Source: Octopus sinensis (lineage: Eukaryota). From it: a stretch of 64,000 bases of DNA. Both the position numbers and the translations under genes were made by a program. The stretch spans positions 6,634,001-6,698,000 of the forward strand of contig NC_043012.1 in the NCBI RefSeq assembly GCF_006345805.1. Direction: 5' to 3'. This document shows positions 25,918 to 38,275 of this stretch, one piece after another. Position 1 is the first letter of the stretch. Every line of letters starts with the position of its first letter. The notes beneath the pieces were generated by a model, which had not been told where the DNA came from, did not search any database, and was given only the letters and a program-made list of their open reading frames with translations.

Positions 25918-26052
25918 TAAAACATTATTGGTGAATTGAAGAAATGGAGCTGAACGCAGATTGAACAGAAATCGTTTTATTTCATTGAAATAAAACGATT
26001 TCTGTTCAATCTGCGTTCAGCTCCATTTCTTCAATTCACCAATAATGTTTTA
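25918..26052. repeat. Perfect 135-bp palindrome next to (TA)n
   Basis: 67-bp arms with a 1-nt centre at 25985. Confidence 0.95.
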
Positions 26053-26214
26053 ATTTCAATATCCGCACCAACGCACGGTTGCAACGCCAGATGGTTGTAC
26101 CTCCAACCGTGCTGTTTACTGCTGTGATTTTTGCTACTAAGGTATCGGTTAAACTTTTGATTAATCTACTACAAGATTATTCATCTTTCTATTTCACATA
26201 ATATATATATATTA

Positions 26215-26274
<60 letters not shown>

Positions 26275-26655
26275 TGATGTGCTTCTTTCAGTTTCCATCT
26301 ATGAAATCCACTCACAAGGTTTTGGTCAGCCTGAGGCTATAGTAGAAGACACTTGCCCAAGGTGCCATGCAGTGGGACAGAACCTGGAACTATGTGGTTG
26401 GTAAGCAAGCTACTTACCACACAGCCACTCCTGTGCCTATATAAGTATACATTATTAGAGGACATATTAACCTCACAACGGGATGGCTGCATCCAAAGAG
26501 ATACTGGTTCAATACCTGGTATTGTTGGGGAATGAAATTTCCTTAAGACAATAAGTATATATTAAGCATATAGTTTGTATCCAGTTGAAAGAAGGAAAGG
26601 AAATGGAGATAAGGAAGTTAACAATTATTTATTATTAATAAATTGGTCATCTTCG

Positions 26656-26753
26656 CTTCTTACAGACATTTCAATTAATACTCAATAATTCAATCACAAA
26701 TTTGTACATTAAATTTGCATTTATGTGACATGAGCATAATTTCATCAGACAAA
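26656..26753 (-). ncRNA. Hammerhead candidate with a long stem II
   Basis: UUUGU-CUGAUGA-AAUUAUGCUC...GAGUAUUAAUU-GAAA-UGUCUGU-A-AGAAG; stem II is 10 bp with one bulge, stem I pairs 4/5, stem III is weak. Confidence 0.45.
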
Positions 26754-26789
26754 AAAGATAGATGTACCTTGAGATGTTATATGCAGACC

Positions 26790-26864
<75 letters not shown>

Positions 26865-27531
26865 CCACACATATATTTCTATTTCTGCTTAGGCTTAATG
26901 ATACCAATAACCAGTCGATAGAATTCACTATACTTACTCTTCATAGTAAACCAGTAGGTCAGTACAGAGCATAATAATAAATGAGTGACAGAAGAACAGA
27001 AGTTACAAAATAACCTTCATTTGCTTACAGCTGTTTCAGTTATAAAAACTGTGCATCCACAGTTGAGTGCTGGTGCAACTTATTACAGCTTCCTCAGAGC
27101 CACACACGTCCACGCGTGCACACACACACACACCCATGCACACACACACACACATGAATATATCATCATCATCATCATCATCATCATCGTCATCATTTAT
27201 CGTCCACCTTCCGTGCTGACATGGGTGGTACAGTTTGATAAGAGCTGGCCAGGCAGAAGCCTGCACTAGACTTCTGTGACTGTTTTGGCAGGATTTTTAC
27301 AGTTGGATGCCCGTCCTAACACCAACCACTCAGCAGAGTGGACTTAGTGCTTTTAAGTGGCACCTGCACTGACAGGGTCACCAAGTACTTGCAAGACAAA
27401 AAAAAGAAAAACTTTCAAGAGGGGAGTAGGTATTGGAGGAGGTGATCTTGTGTCGGATGATGAAAGGTTATAGTGAGACAGAGAGAGACAGAAACAGGTG
27501 TCTTGCTGTAGAGTAAGTACAAGATTACCCG

Positions 27532-27581
<50 letters not shown>

Positions 27582-28112
27582 AGAAATGAAGACAGAAACA
27601 GGTGTGCTACCACAAAGGAAATACATGGTTACCCAACCAGAAGGAAGTGCAGGAGAAGGAGAGAGAGAGTGAGAGACAGAAGGATAGAGATGGTGGCCAA
27701 ATGCCAGGCATACTCACAAGGGACAGGGATCAGAATATAGAAGTGATGACTGAGTAAAGGAAGAGAGTGATATAGATGGTGGCAAGTGCCAGGGCATACC
27801 CTTGGGGTTCGAATGCCATAATATAAGTGGCAGGATATTGCAAAGGAAGTGTGATTAAAGAGAGCAGGTTGTGAGTGGAGAAAACCTGGCTATATATAGA
27901 GTCAGAGGATTACTAGATAGCAATGACACACAGGAACAGGGCCATGAGGACAGGATTGGGGAGTGAGAGCTAGGTATAATGTATGGAGGAAGTAAAGGGA
28001 GGAAGAGATGTGGAGATGTAGATTAGTTTGTTGGGTTAGGATGAGTGATATGTATAAATACACATACACATATATTAATAATAATAATATGACAACAAGA
28101 GAATGAATGAGA

Positions 28113-28157
<45 letters not shown>

Positions 28158-28281
28158 TATAGGACAATCAGTTAGTTGTACATGTGTGCATATGCAGATT
28201 CTATAAACAAAGTTTTACTTTCCCTACGCCTATTGGAGTAACTTCCCTTTATTCAACAGTTTTTTCATAGCGTTTTTGTCT

Positions 28282-28344
28282 TAATAACTGACGAGATGCC
28301 AAAGCAGGCTTCAGCCCCAACATCTGAAACTCTGAGTTTTATTA
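28282..28344 (+). ncRNA. Minimal type I hammerhead ribozyme candidate with canonical core
   Basis: UAAUAA-CUGACGA-GAUG...CAUC(U)-GAAA-CUC(U)GAGU-U-UUAUUA; stem I is 6 bp, with one extra nt before G12. Confidence 0.6.
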
Positions 28345-28449
28345 TGACAACTAATTGATTGTCCTATATTATATATATATATATATATGTATGTGTATGT
28401 ATATATATATATAGGTATGTATATATAAGGATACAACTGGAATAATAGC

Positions 28450-30130
28450 TCTGAAGTATGGTTATCAAAATATTACAAGAATGGATGCTATGAATTGTAG
28501 TTGTGAAAATATTAGAGTAAATGGAAGGCAGAGGTAGTGGTTATGAAATGTAGAAATGAAAACAAGTTAGTGTCGTTATGAAAACACTACAGAAATGGAA
28601 ATAAGGAAGAATTTTGATCAAGATATAAGAATGGAATGGAAGAGAATAGTTATGGAAACACAAAAGAATAGAATCAAGGAAGTGTGATTATATTACAAGA
28701 ATAGTAACAAGGAAGTGCTGTTGTGAAGACAAGAATAGAGACAGAAGAAGTAAGAGTGGTTATTAAAATGCTACAAGAATGGAAAGACTGAAGAATGGTT
28801 ATGGAGATACAGCAAGAATGGAAATAAGAAATAGTGGATATGAAGTTAATATGAGAATGAAAACAAGGATGTGTAATTATAGAGATAGTACAAGAATGAA
28901 TAGTCTTTAAGAGTGGTTATGAAAACTCTACATGAAAGACAAAAAAGAAAAAAGAACTGTAGCTATGGAGAAGTATAATACCACAAGGAAAAGGAAGAAT
29001 GTTTATGAAGATATTGTAAGAATGGAAAGAAGGAAAAAGTGGTTATGAAGATTCTTCAAGAATAGAAAGATTGAAGAATGGTTATGAAGATATTACAAGA
29101 AAGTTTGGTTAGGAAAATATTACAACAATGGAAATCAGGAGGCATGGTCATGAAGATATTACAAGAGTGGAAAGAAAGAAGTGTTGGTTATGAAGATTCT
29201 TCAAGAATAATAGCAACAAGAAAGTGCAGTTACCAAAATACTAGAACAACAGAAAACAGGAAGTGTGGTTATGAAGAATGCAGGAATGGAAAAAGAAAGT
29301 GAAGTTCTTAAGATAATTGCAGAATGGAAAGAGAAGGAAGTGTGGTTATTAAAACACTGCAAAGTGGACAGGAGGAAGTTTGGTTATGAAGAAAGGACAA
29401 GAATGGAAACAAGGCAGAATGTTCATAAGGCATAGAAGAATATCAGAGGCAGATGAAAATCATCCAGGAATGGTGGTGGAATTGCTAGCAATGTTCATAA
29501 AGTTTCGAGAAGTCTAGGAGTCATTGAAGCCAATAAAATCTGGTTATGAAAATATTAGAAGAATTAAAACAGGTAAGTTGCTTAGAAGAATAGAAACACA
29601 GACGATTGGTTATGAAATTATTACAGGAACTGAGATAAGAACTGAGTTAAGACACTAAAAGAGTGGAACCAAGAAAAAATGGTTTTGGAGGCGTGACAAG
29701 AATGGCAACAAATAAGAGTGGTTATAAAGATATAAGAATGGAAATAGAGTAATGTGTCATTATGCTACTAGAAGAATAGAATCTAAGAAGAATGGTGATG
29801 ATATAATATTGCAAGAAGGGAAACAAGGAAATTGGTTATGAAATTGCTATAAAAATGGAGGCTATTAATTTTGGTTATGGAAGCACTACAAGAATTGAAG
29901 CTGGTAGTTCTGGGTATGAAGATACTATGAGAATAGAAAGCATTAAATACAGTTATGAAATGTGGTTATGGAATTGACACAAGAATGAGAACCATTAAAT
30001 CTGGTGATGGAAATACTGCAGGAATTGTAGGCACTAAACCTGGGTAGGAAAACATTACAAGAGTTGTAGGTATTAAGGGGATGAGCGAGAAGCAAAAATA
30101 GAGACAAATGAAAAGTAGGAACTTTAACAA
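28450..30130 (+). repeat. Degenerate ~38-42-bp purine-rich minisatellite (about 1.7 kb; resumes at about 30830-30910)
   Basis: Recurrent GTGGTTATGAA(G/A)ATA(C/T)TACAAGAATGGAAA(C/T)AAG(G)AA units. Confidence 0.8.
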
Positions 30131-30557
30131 ATGTTGTTAGTTTAATGCTTAAAGGAAATGAAAAAGTTTTGACATTTTGGACGTTAGTCTTCCACAATAA
30201 AAAAATAAAAGAATGAAAAAAGTGGTGGGGAAAAATATAAAGAATGAGAAATATGAATTAGCAGGTTAGGGGCTAGGTGAGAATATGGGTATATGGAGGT
30301 AGAGGGGCAGAGGCTAAGAAAGGAGGAGTAGGCAAGGTGATGTGTACATGCATAGAGATGAGCAGAGGGAAAGGTGAGTGTGCATGGTGGTATGAGGTAT
30401 GTGGAGGTGTACAAGTGTGGGAATGTAGTGGCTTGGGATAATGGTAGTGAGGGAGGACTATGTGTAGGTTTAAATATATTGTATATGAGAGGAAGACTTA
30501 AGGGAGGAAGATGTAGCAGGCATGATGGGGGAGTGAAAGGAGAGACAAAAGGAATAT

Positions 30558-30789
30558 ATATTTCTTTACTACCCACAAGGGGCTAAACACAGAGGGGACA
30601 AACAAGGACAGACAAAGGGATTAAGTCGATTATATCGACCCCAGTGTGTAACTGGTACTTAATATATCGACCCCGAAAGGATGAAAGACAAAGTCGACCT
30701 CGGCAGAATTTGAACCCAGAACGTAACGGCAGACGAAATACGGCTACGCATTTCGCCCGGCGTTCTAACGTTCCTGCCAGCTTGCCGCC
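30558..30789 (-). mobile_element. SINE family D, young copy; others at 8758-8972+, 13078-13297-, 13605-13765-, 13766-14004-, 19372-19568-, 38500-38713-, 51098-51318+
   Basis: Shared GGTCGACTTTGCCTTTCATCCTTTCGGGGTCGAT...AAGTACCAG core (Meta/MESC-like; assignment unverified); flank duplication AAAG(G)GAATATA. Confidence 0.85.
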
Positions 30790-31006
30790 AAAGGGAATAT
30801 AGTGCTTAGAAAGAAAACATTGTTGGAAAAAAACTGGTACTAAATCTGGTTATGGAAACACCACAAAAATGGTAAGTATTACGCTTTGTTATGAAAACAT
30901 AACAAGAATGGTAGGTGTTACTGTATTTGATGACTTGGGCATAAAAGATGCACCCTTATTTCAGCAGAACATAATCAAGAAAAAAAAAAGCTTTTAAAGC
31001 ATTAAA

Positions 31007-31412
31007 GTGCAGGAGTGGCTGTGTGGTAAGTAGCTTGCTAACCAACTACATGGTTCCGGGTTCAGTCCCACTGCGTGGCATCTTGGGCAAGTGTCTTCTG
31101 CTATAGCCCCGGGCCGACCAATGCCTAGTGAGTGGATTTGGTAGACAGAAACTGAAAGAAGCCTGTCGTATATATGTATATATATATGTGCGTGTGTGTT
31201 TGTGTGTCTGTGTTTGTCCCCCTAGCATTGCTTGACAACAGATGCTGGTGTGTTTACGTCCCCGTCACTTAGTGGTTCGGCAAAAGAGACCGATAGAATA
31301 AGTACTGGGCTTACAAAGAATAAGTCCCGGGGTCGATTTGCTCGACTAAAAGGTTGTGCTCCAGCATGGCCGCAGTCAAATGACTGAAACAAGTAAAAGA
31401 GTAAAAAGAGTA
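31007..31412 (+). mobile_element. SINE family A, full-length young copy (tRNA-like head, GTGGATTTGGTAGACGGAAACTGAAAGAAGCC body, internal (TA)/(TG) tract, AGTAAAAG tail)
   Basis: B-box GGTTCAGTCCC; near-identical copies occur across the window. Confidence 0.9.
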
Positions 31413-32553
31413 AAGCTTAACAGAAGCCCAACTTTGCATATAAGACCCAGGGTGATATAGGAAAGGTAACAAATGTGTGTCTCATATGCCTTTGAATACA
31501 ATAAGTGTGGTTTTAATGAAGTTAAAACATTGGAAACTCTTCCATGAGGTTATGAAGATTTTTCAAATCAATTTATACCACTGCAGAAATCTTGAAACAT
31601 ATCAAGAAATACAAACGTCTCAAAAATATCATTTATTATTCAATGTTTTCAATTACTATTAAAATTGCCACCTCATCCCACCCCACTCCACCCCACCCCA
31701 ACTTTTCTCATGACTACAAAAGATGGACATATATTGTTTATCTTTTACTTGTTTCACTTATTGGACTGTACCAAGCTGGAGCACCATCTGGAAGATGTTA
31801 GTCGAACAAATCAATCCTAGTACATTTTATTTTTTGTTAAGCCTGTTACTTATTCTACCAGTTGCTTTTTGTTGAACTGCTAAGTTATGAGGGATATAAA
31901 AAAAAACAATGCCAGTTGTATGGTGGTTGTGGGAGACAAACACAAAACAAAGATACACACATTGTTGATGTCAGAAAAATTTTTAATAAACATTCAAGGG
32001 ACCATGAAATAATTCTTTCCTGGAACATAGGCTCATGAAGGACATCACATAATGCTATAAATAGCAGCTTGTAAATATGGGGTTAAAAACCCATTTTGGA
32101 CAGAAAAATTTGAAGGCTGCCCATGGTAAAACACCTGTGATGTCTACAGGAGATAGTGGGTTCAAATCCTATGGGCAGCCTTCAACAGTTTCTATCCAGA
32201 AGTGATTTTTTACCCAATATTTATATGCTTTTGTTTATAGCTTTATGTCATGAGCCTCAAAATAAGAATGATAATAAATCTGAAGTGAAGAACAAATATA
32301 TAGTGCTTGTGTTTATTTGACAAAAAGAATGAACACCCCCGAAATATAACAAAACTAGCAGGAGCCGTGAATATTTCACAGAATTATTGCGCTATTTCTG
32401 AAAACTTTATCCTAAAAACCTGGAAGCGTAGCCTGTTTTGTGTCTGTGTGGAAAGACAGTCACTCATCTGTCACTCATTCAAAAGTGAAGGAAATTGGAA
32501 TTCGATAATTACTTAATGGACTTTATATATACACTTCATATACTTTTTATATA

Positions 32554-33149
32554 TGTAAGGATCTAGCTTGTCCCTGCCTGAGATTTGAAACCAAATCCAC
32601 CCACTTGTTGCTTGTCAAAGTGAGTGGGAAATCCTCTCCACACCAGATAATTGATGAGGAAACAACCGACCCTCTAAGACGTGTGCTGGTCAAGGAAAGG
32701 TCAGTCATTTGTTTAGGGCTAGACCTACACTACTGACCATAGTCTATATAACAGAGAATTTCCTATCTCTTCCTCTTTTGTGTCAGCCAGACCAAAGAGC
32801 AGCACCCGCAAAAGCGTTAGCTTTCACCAAGAGCAGCTCTTCCCTTTGCCCTTTGCTTGACATGTGAAGGGAGGCTTTTGGCTGCAAGAAAGGTGATGCC
32901 GCCTTTATCCTTTCTAGTCAGCACCATGCATTCCTTACTCTTTCACCTTCAACTGACAGACAACCTTATTCTACATTATCAACTACTAACCAGCAAGCCA
33001 ACCTTGTCACTATCACTAGAATTGCTACTGTCTCTTTAACTACCTGTCGGGCAAATAAATAAATATATGTAAATAATATTTCTTCTTGCTTAGAGTTGAT
33101 TCTTTGATGTTCACTGGTTTCTCCAATATGAGAACCTTGAAGCATTACA
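32554..33149 (+). mobile_element. Candidate solo LTR
   Basis: TGTAA...TTACA ends, CTATATAA at 32744, AATAAA at 33054, and an imperfect 4-bp flank duplication TATA/TCTA. Confidence 0.45.
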
Positions 33150-33234
33150 TCTACATGCTACATTTGGTAGTGGGCTACATCATATCAAATAGATATGGCA
33201 CATCACATCTAGCCTGCTACATATACTTTATATA

Positions 33235-33614
33235 CACTTGCGTCAGAAATTAATTAGCACTTCTCAAATTTCTGCATTAAATAGGTTAAATCAATTAACC
33301 TATGAGCTGTTCAAAACGTCTTATGCGATGAGAAAACTTAGTATGGTGTGATTTCGGTCCTTGCGAGGCGCTACCTATATCTATTAAACAAAGGAAGATT
33401 TGTCTGCATCCGCACTCCAAGTTGTTGTTGCACTGCTATGTCAACATCATAAGGCTGTAGACTCTCAAACTGCTCTGCAAACAAAGTTACGTCATCGTTC
33501 TGCGCAACAGTGAACTCGCAACAAAGCAATAGTTCGAGATATGGCCACTAGGTGACAGCACATACCTTGAGTGAAGAGCAAATCAAGGGTGCTAATTAAT
33601 TTCTGACGGTAGTG
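33235..33614. mobile_element. Tc1/mariner-type MITE (380 bp)
   Basis: 26-bp TIRs CACTTGCGTCAGAAATTAATTAGCAC / GTGCTAATTAATTTCTGACGGTAGTG (2 mismatches), with TA on both sides. Confidence 0.85.
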
Positions 33615-34250
33615 TATACACTACATACACTTTATATACTTTATGCATAATTCTATAGACTTAATACACAGCACTCTTCCTCTTTCTCTCTCATTCTTCA
33701 CCTTACCCACTTTTTCTCTCTCCTTTTTCCTTTGTTCTTTGCCTTGCTCTTCAACTAATTACATGAAAGTCTTACAGATGGGCTAAGTAATGGAGGAAAA
33801 AATTAATTAAAAAGAAAGAAATTACACATTTCACTCACTCCCACCTCTCCTCACCCTTCAACTTACGGATGGGCTAACTAACGGAATAACATGCAGAATT
33901 ATTATAAAATACTGCAAAGTGAAATCCATGTAATTTTACATAATTCCTGCAAGATCAGGGATGAGTTTGGCTCCACACAACATCAAAGAATGCAGAATTG
34001 TCACAATGTGAAGGTTTTGATGAAAGACATGTTTGGGAGAAATCAAAGGAATTTTGTAATTTTTAGTAATAAGTGTAGTTATTTGGGAAATTTCCAGAAA
34101 ATAACCTAAAATTTAACAGTTCTAATTATTTCTCCTGATCTAAATTTAGATTAAATTTTTTGTAAAATATTTCCTTTTAAGTAATTTCCCTCAATTTATG
34201 TGTTTCAAATTCTCTATTTTTATTCATCAGTTAGAAGAATGAGTGCATAT

Positions 34251-34316
<66 letters not shown>

Positions 34317-34402
34317 TCATCATTGTTTAACATCTACTATATATATATAAAACTTACTTGGAAATGGATGTGTGGCATTCAATTAAATAATATATAATAT
34401 AT

Positions 34403-34435
<33 letters not shown>

Positions 34436-34732
34436 CATCATCATTGTTTAACATCTACTATATATATATATAAAACTTACTTGGAAATGGATGTGTGGCA
34501 TTCAATTAAATAATAATATAAATAATATATATATATATATATTCTTTGTATTGTCCTGTTTTCCATTTTTTCCCTTGTTATTTGTGTATTTAATTCATTT
34601 GTTTTCGTATTTCATGTTTACTCTTGGTGATGTCCAGCACCCATATATTCATATGCATATATATATATATATATATATATATGCATGTGTGTGTGTGTGT
34701 ATATGTGTATGTGTGTGTGTGTGTATGTATAT

Positions 34733-35075
34733 CACTTGATCACTTTGACCGACCAGTCCGTCAGGCATCCATTTGACACCACTGGTCACAGCACGCTGTC
34801 CACTCCTCTCTGGATCGTGCCTTTCTCATCCATGTGATCCCAATCGTCCTCCTGAAATCGTAATTCCACCGTCGTGGAGGTCTTCCGGGTGGACTTTTCT
34901 GCTCACGCGGGTACCACTCGACAACTGCGTGCGTCCACCGACAATCGGTGAGCCAGGCGACATGTCCAGCCCATCTATACTTGCTGCATGTATGTATACT
35001 CTGCGATGACATCTCTCACGCCGGACTTCTTTCTGATGATCCTGCTACTTATGTGCTCTCTTTGGTTGACGCAAA
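34733..35075 (-). mobile_element. 3' fragment of a second RTE-like LINE family
   Basis: Minus-strand translation KYRWAGHVAWLTDCRWTHAVVEWYPREQKSPPGRPPRRW is the typical RTE C-terminal WAGHV / GRP..RW signature. Confidence 0.85.
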
Positions 35076-35513
35076 GCTATAGTAGAAGAAACTTGGTGTA
35101 TGTATATATATACATATATATATATATAAAGGTATGTGTATTTTTTCAATGTGTACAAATAACACAGAAAAAATAAATAAATAGATACCAGGGTAGCACA
35201 AAAATTTGCATAAGTACCAAGGATGTAACAGCCTACTTATAAAGATAGAAATTCCAAGGTTTTGTGAAATGTTTTGTATGACATACATAAATAAATAAAC
35301 AGAGTTAAATGCAGGTATTATTCAAATCTTTATACTTCTGACATATGTTTTGAAGGAAACATTGGTATTATTCCAGATGGCATAAATAATGTAAAACAAT
35401 GCAATCTTCACATCAGGGTAAAAAAAGAGAACCAAATCAAATGAATAAGACATTCTATCTTCGAAACATATGTTGGAAGTATAAAGATTAGAATAACACC
35501 TCCGTTTAACTCC

Positions 35514-35558
<45 letters not shown>

Positions 35559-35707
35559 TAGATAAATGGTACAACAAGGCACCAATATTTACTGGAAAAT
35601 AGCAATTGATATAAATACGACGCTATTGTATAGCTTCACTGCGTATATACAAGCAAAGACGTGTGTGTGCAACAAACATGAAAAAAATTTGTCTTACCTC
35701 TAGGAAG

Positions 35708-35759
<52 letters not shown>

Positions 35760-35953
35760 TATATATATATTATTTATATTATATATATATATATTATATA
35801 TTATATATATATATTATTTATATTATATATGTACATATATTCTCCAATACATCTTCATATATACACATGTATACATACATCCTCACATTTATATGTATAA
35901 ACAAGAATACTCAGAAAGCTTAAAACATTATCATTAAACTTTATCCTTCTTTC

Positions 35954-35984
<31 letters not shown>

Positions 35985-36508
35985 TTAAAGATTAATAAAT
36001 TTGTACTCTACAAAACAGTATTGACTAATTCTTTAGTTTAATGTAAAATTGTCTTTATTATATGTTAACAAAAAAACAAGCATTTATATATAGGCACAAG
36101 AATGGCTGTGTGGTAAGAAGCTTGCTTTCCAAAACACCTGGTTCTGGGTTCAGTCCCACTGCATGGCCAAGTTTCTTCTACTATAGCTTTGCGTCAACCA
36201 AAGCCTGTTGAGTGGATTTAGTAGACGGAAACTGAAAGAAGCCTGTCGTATATATATATATATGTGTATATTTGTGGGTCCGTGTTTGTCCCCCCACCAT
36301 CACTTTACAACCGATGTTGGTGTGTTTACATTCCTGTAACTTAGCAGTTTGGCAAAAGTGACCAATAGAACAAGTACTAGGATTACAAAGAATAGGTCCT
36401 GGGGTTGATTTGTTCGACTAAAGGCGGTGCTCCAGCATGGCCACAGTCAAATGACTGAAACATGTAAGAAGAATGTATACATATATTTACCTTCTATTTA
36501 TCACTTGA

Positions 36509-36552
<44 letters not shown>

Positions 36553-36794
36553 TATGTGTATATATATATATATATGTATGTATATATATATATATAATAT
36601 ATATATATATGTGTGTATATATATATACACTCGCGGAGTGGTTGGCATTAGGAAGGGTATCCAGCTGTAGAAACTCTGCCAGATCAGACTGGAGCCTGTG
36701 CAGTCCCTGGCTTCCCAGACCCCGGTTGAACCGTCCAACCCGTGCTAGCGCGGAAAACGGATGTTAAACGATGATGATGATGATGATGATGATG

Positions 36795-36832
<38 letters not shown>

Positions 36833-36839
36833 CGGAAGG

Positions 36840-36890
36840 TGATTCGATTCTCACTTGCCTCAACAGGTCTCCACAAGTGTCACAAGAAGG

Positions 36891-36925
<35 letters not shown>

Positions 36926-36980
36926 CCTTCCTTCTTGTGACACTTGTGGAGACCTGTTGAGGCAAGTGAGAATCGAATCA
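36840..36980. repeat. Palindrome: 57-bp inverted duplication of an RTE 3' UTR start around a (TA)n centre
   Basis: Arms 36840-36896 and 36924-36980 are exact reverse complements. Confidence 0.95.
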
Positions 36981-37502
36981 AATCAAATCAAATCAAATCG
37001 AACCAAATCAAAATAGATGAACATCAATGGAATTTGTATCCTTGTGGTACCAGTGCCGGTGGCACATAAGAAAACCATCCGAACGTGATCGTAGCCAGTA
37101 CCGCAACGACTGGCCTCCGTGCTGAGGGCACATAACAAACACCATCCGAGCGTGGCCGTCCGCCAGCCCCGTCTGGCACCTGTGTCGGTGACACATAAGA
37201 AAACCATCCGAGCGTGGCCGTCAGCCAGCCTCGTCTGGCACCTGTGTCGGTGGCACATAAAAAACACCATCCGAGCGTGGCCGTCTGCCAGCCTCGTCTG
37301 GCACCTGTGTCGGTGGCACATAAAATCACCCACTACACTCTCGGAGTGGTTGGCGTTAGGAAGGGCATCCAGCTGTAGAAACACTGCCAGATCTGACTGG
37401 CCTGGTGCAGCCTTCGGGCTTGCCAGACCCCAGTTGAACCGTCCAACCCATGCTAGCATGGAAAGCAGACGTTAAACGATGATGATGATGATGATGATGA
37501 TA
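36924..37502 (+). mobile_element. RTE LINE 3' UTR and tail fragment with 4-5 tandem ~61-bp modules
   Basis: Matches the 3' UTR of the copies at 1330-1868 and 40370-40964; ends in (GAT)n. Confidence 0.85.
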
Positions 37503-37810
37503 TATGCAGATGTGGGCACAGGATGTCATGAAACGTGTAAAACAAAAAAAATACGAAGTACATGTACATGGAATATGAACTATTTTTTCGAACAACGAAA
37601 GACACAAATGGAAAGCAAGACAAGCAACATAAAGAAGACCCTCCATCAGTTGTTGGCTGTTTTTCTACTCTCGTATTTCGAGCACGTGCAGCAGTAGCTA
37701 TGGTCAGAATGCTATCATCAATTTCACACTGACCACAGTATTTGGTAATATGAACAGCCCTTCAGATATGGTGACTGGTAGCACTTCTGGGCCCCCAGTA
37801 ATATACTGTT

Positions 37811-38275
37811 CGTAACCAGTTATAGTGATGCCATATTGGAAATATCCAGCATGCATGCGCAGGGTTGGATTCTTCTGGAAGGCCTGCCAGAAGTTCCCTC
37901 ATGCACATGCGCAGAAAACTAGCAGCAGCGAAATTCTTTTGTATTGCTCTCTTGGACGCTAGCAGCTGAACAAGACAGGCATGTCTGCATCAGCTCTCTT
38001 GAGCTGCTACCTCGTGGTGCATCTCCGCTATGCTTGAACGGGCAGGATTGACTCACTCCTCTTGACTACTGCCAATAAGCTCCTAGGTTGCCGATTCGCC
38101 CAGAGGAAGGAAATGTTCATATTGCGAATCAAGGAATAAATATTTCTACTGCTGAAGTTAATCGGAAATCTTGACTCTTTCCTTCGATTAATCGAATTTA
38201 ATGTAAAGGATGCGAGCTGCACTCATCCAGTTCGGGAATCCCTCATCCTGTTACAATTGGTGACCCCAACGTGAT
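37811..38275 (+). mobile_element. LTR (37811-38255) plus tRNA-Trp primer-binding site (38258-38275), with no internal sequence
   Basis: Ends (c)GTAAC...GTTACA with AATAAA near 38134, then AT and TGGTGACCCCAACGTGAT, a 17/18 match to the complement of the tRNA-Trp 3' end. Confidence 0.8.

Noticed and set aside
33150-33175. PBS after the candidate solo LTR (TGGTAG)
   Set aside because: Only about 6 nt match any tRNA end I can recall.
34180-34240. CTGATGA...GAAAC on the minus strand
   Set aside because: No stem II, stem III or stem I pairing; a chance match.
24940-37325. CRISPR-like appearance of the repeated modules at 24940-25580 and 37040-37325
   Set aside because: The units repeat in full with no unique spacers, lie in LINE 3' UTRs, and the context is eukaryotic with no cas genes.
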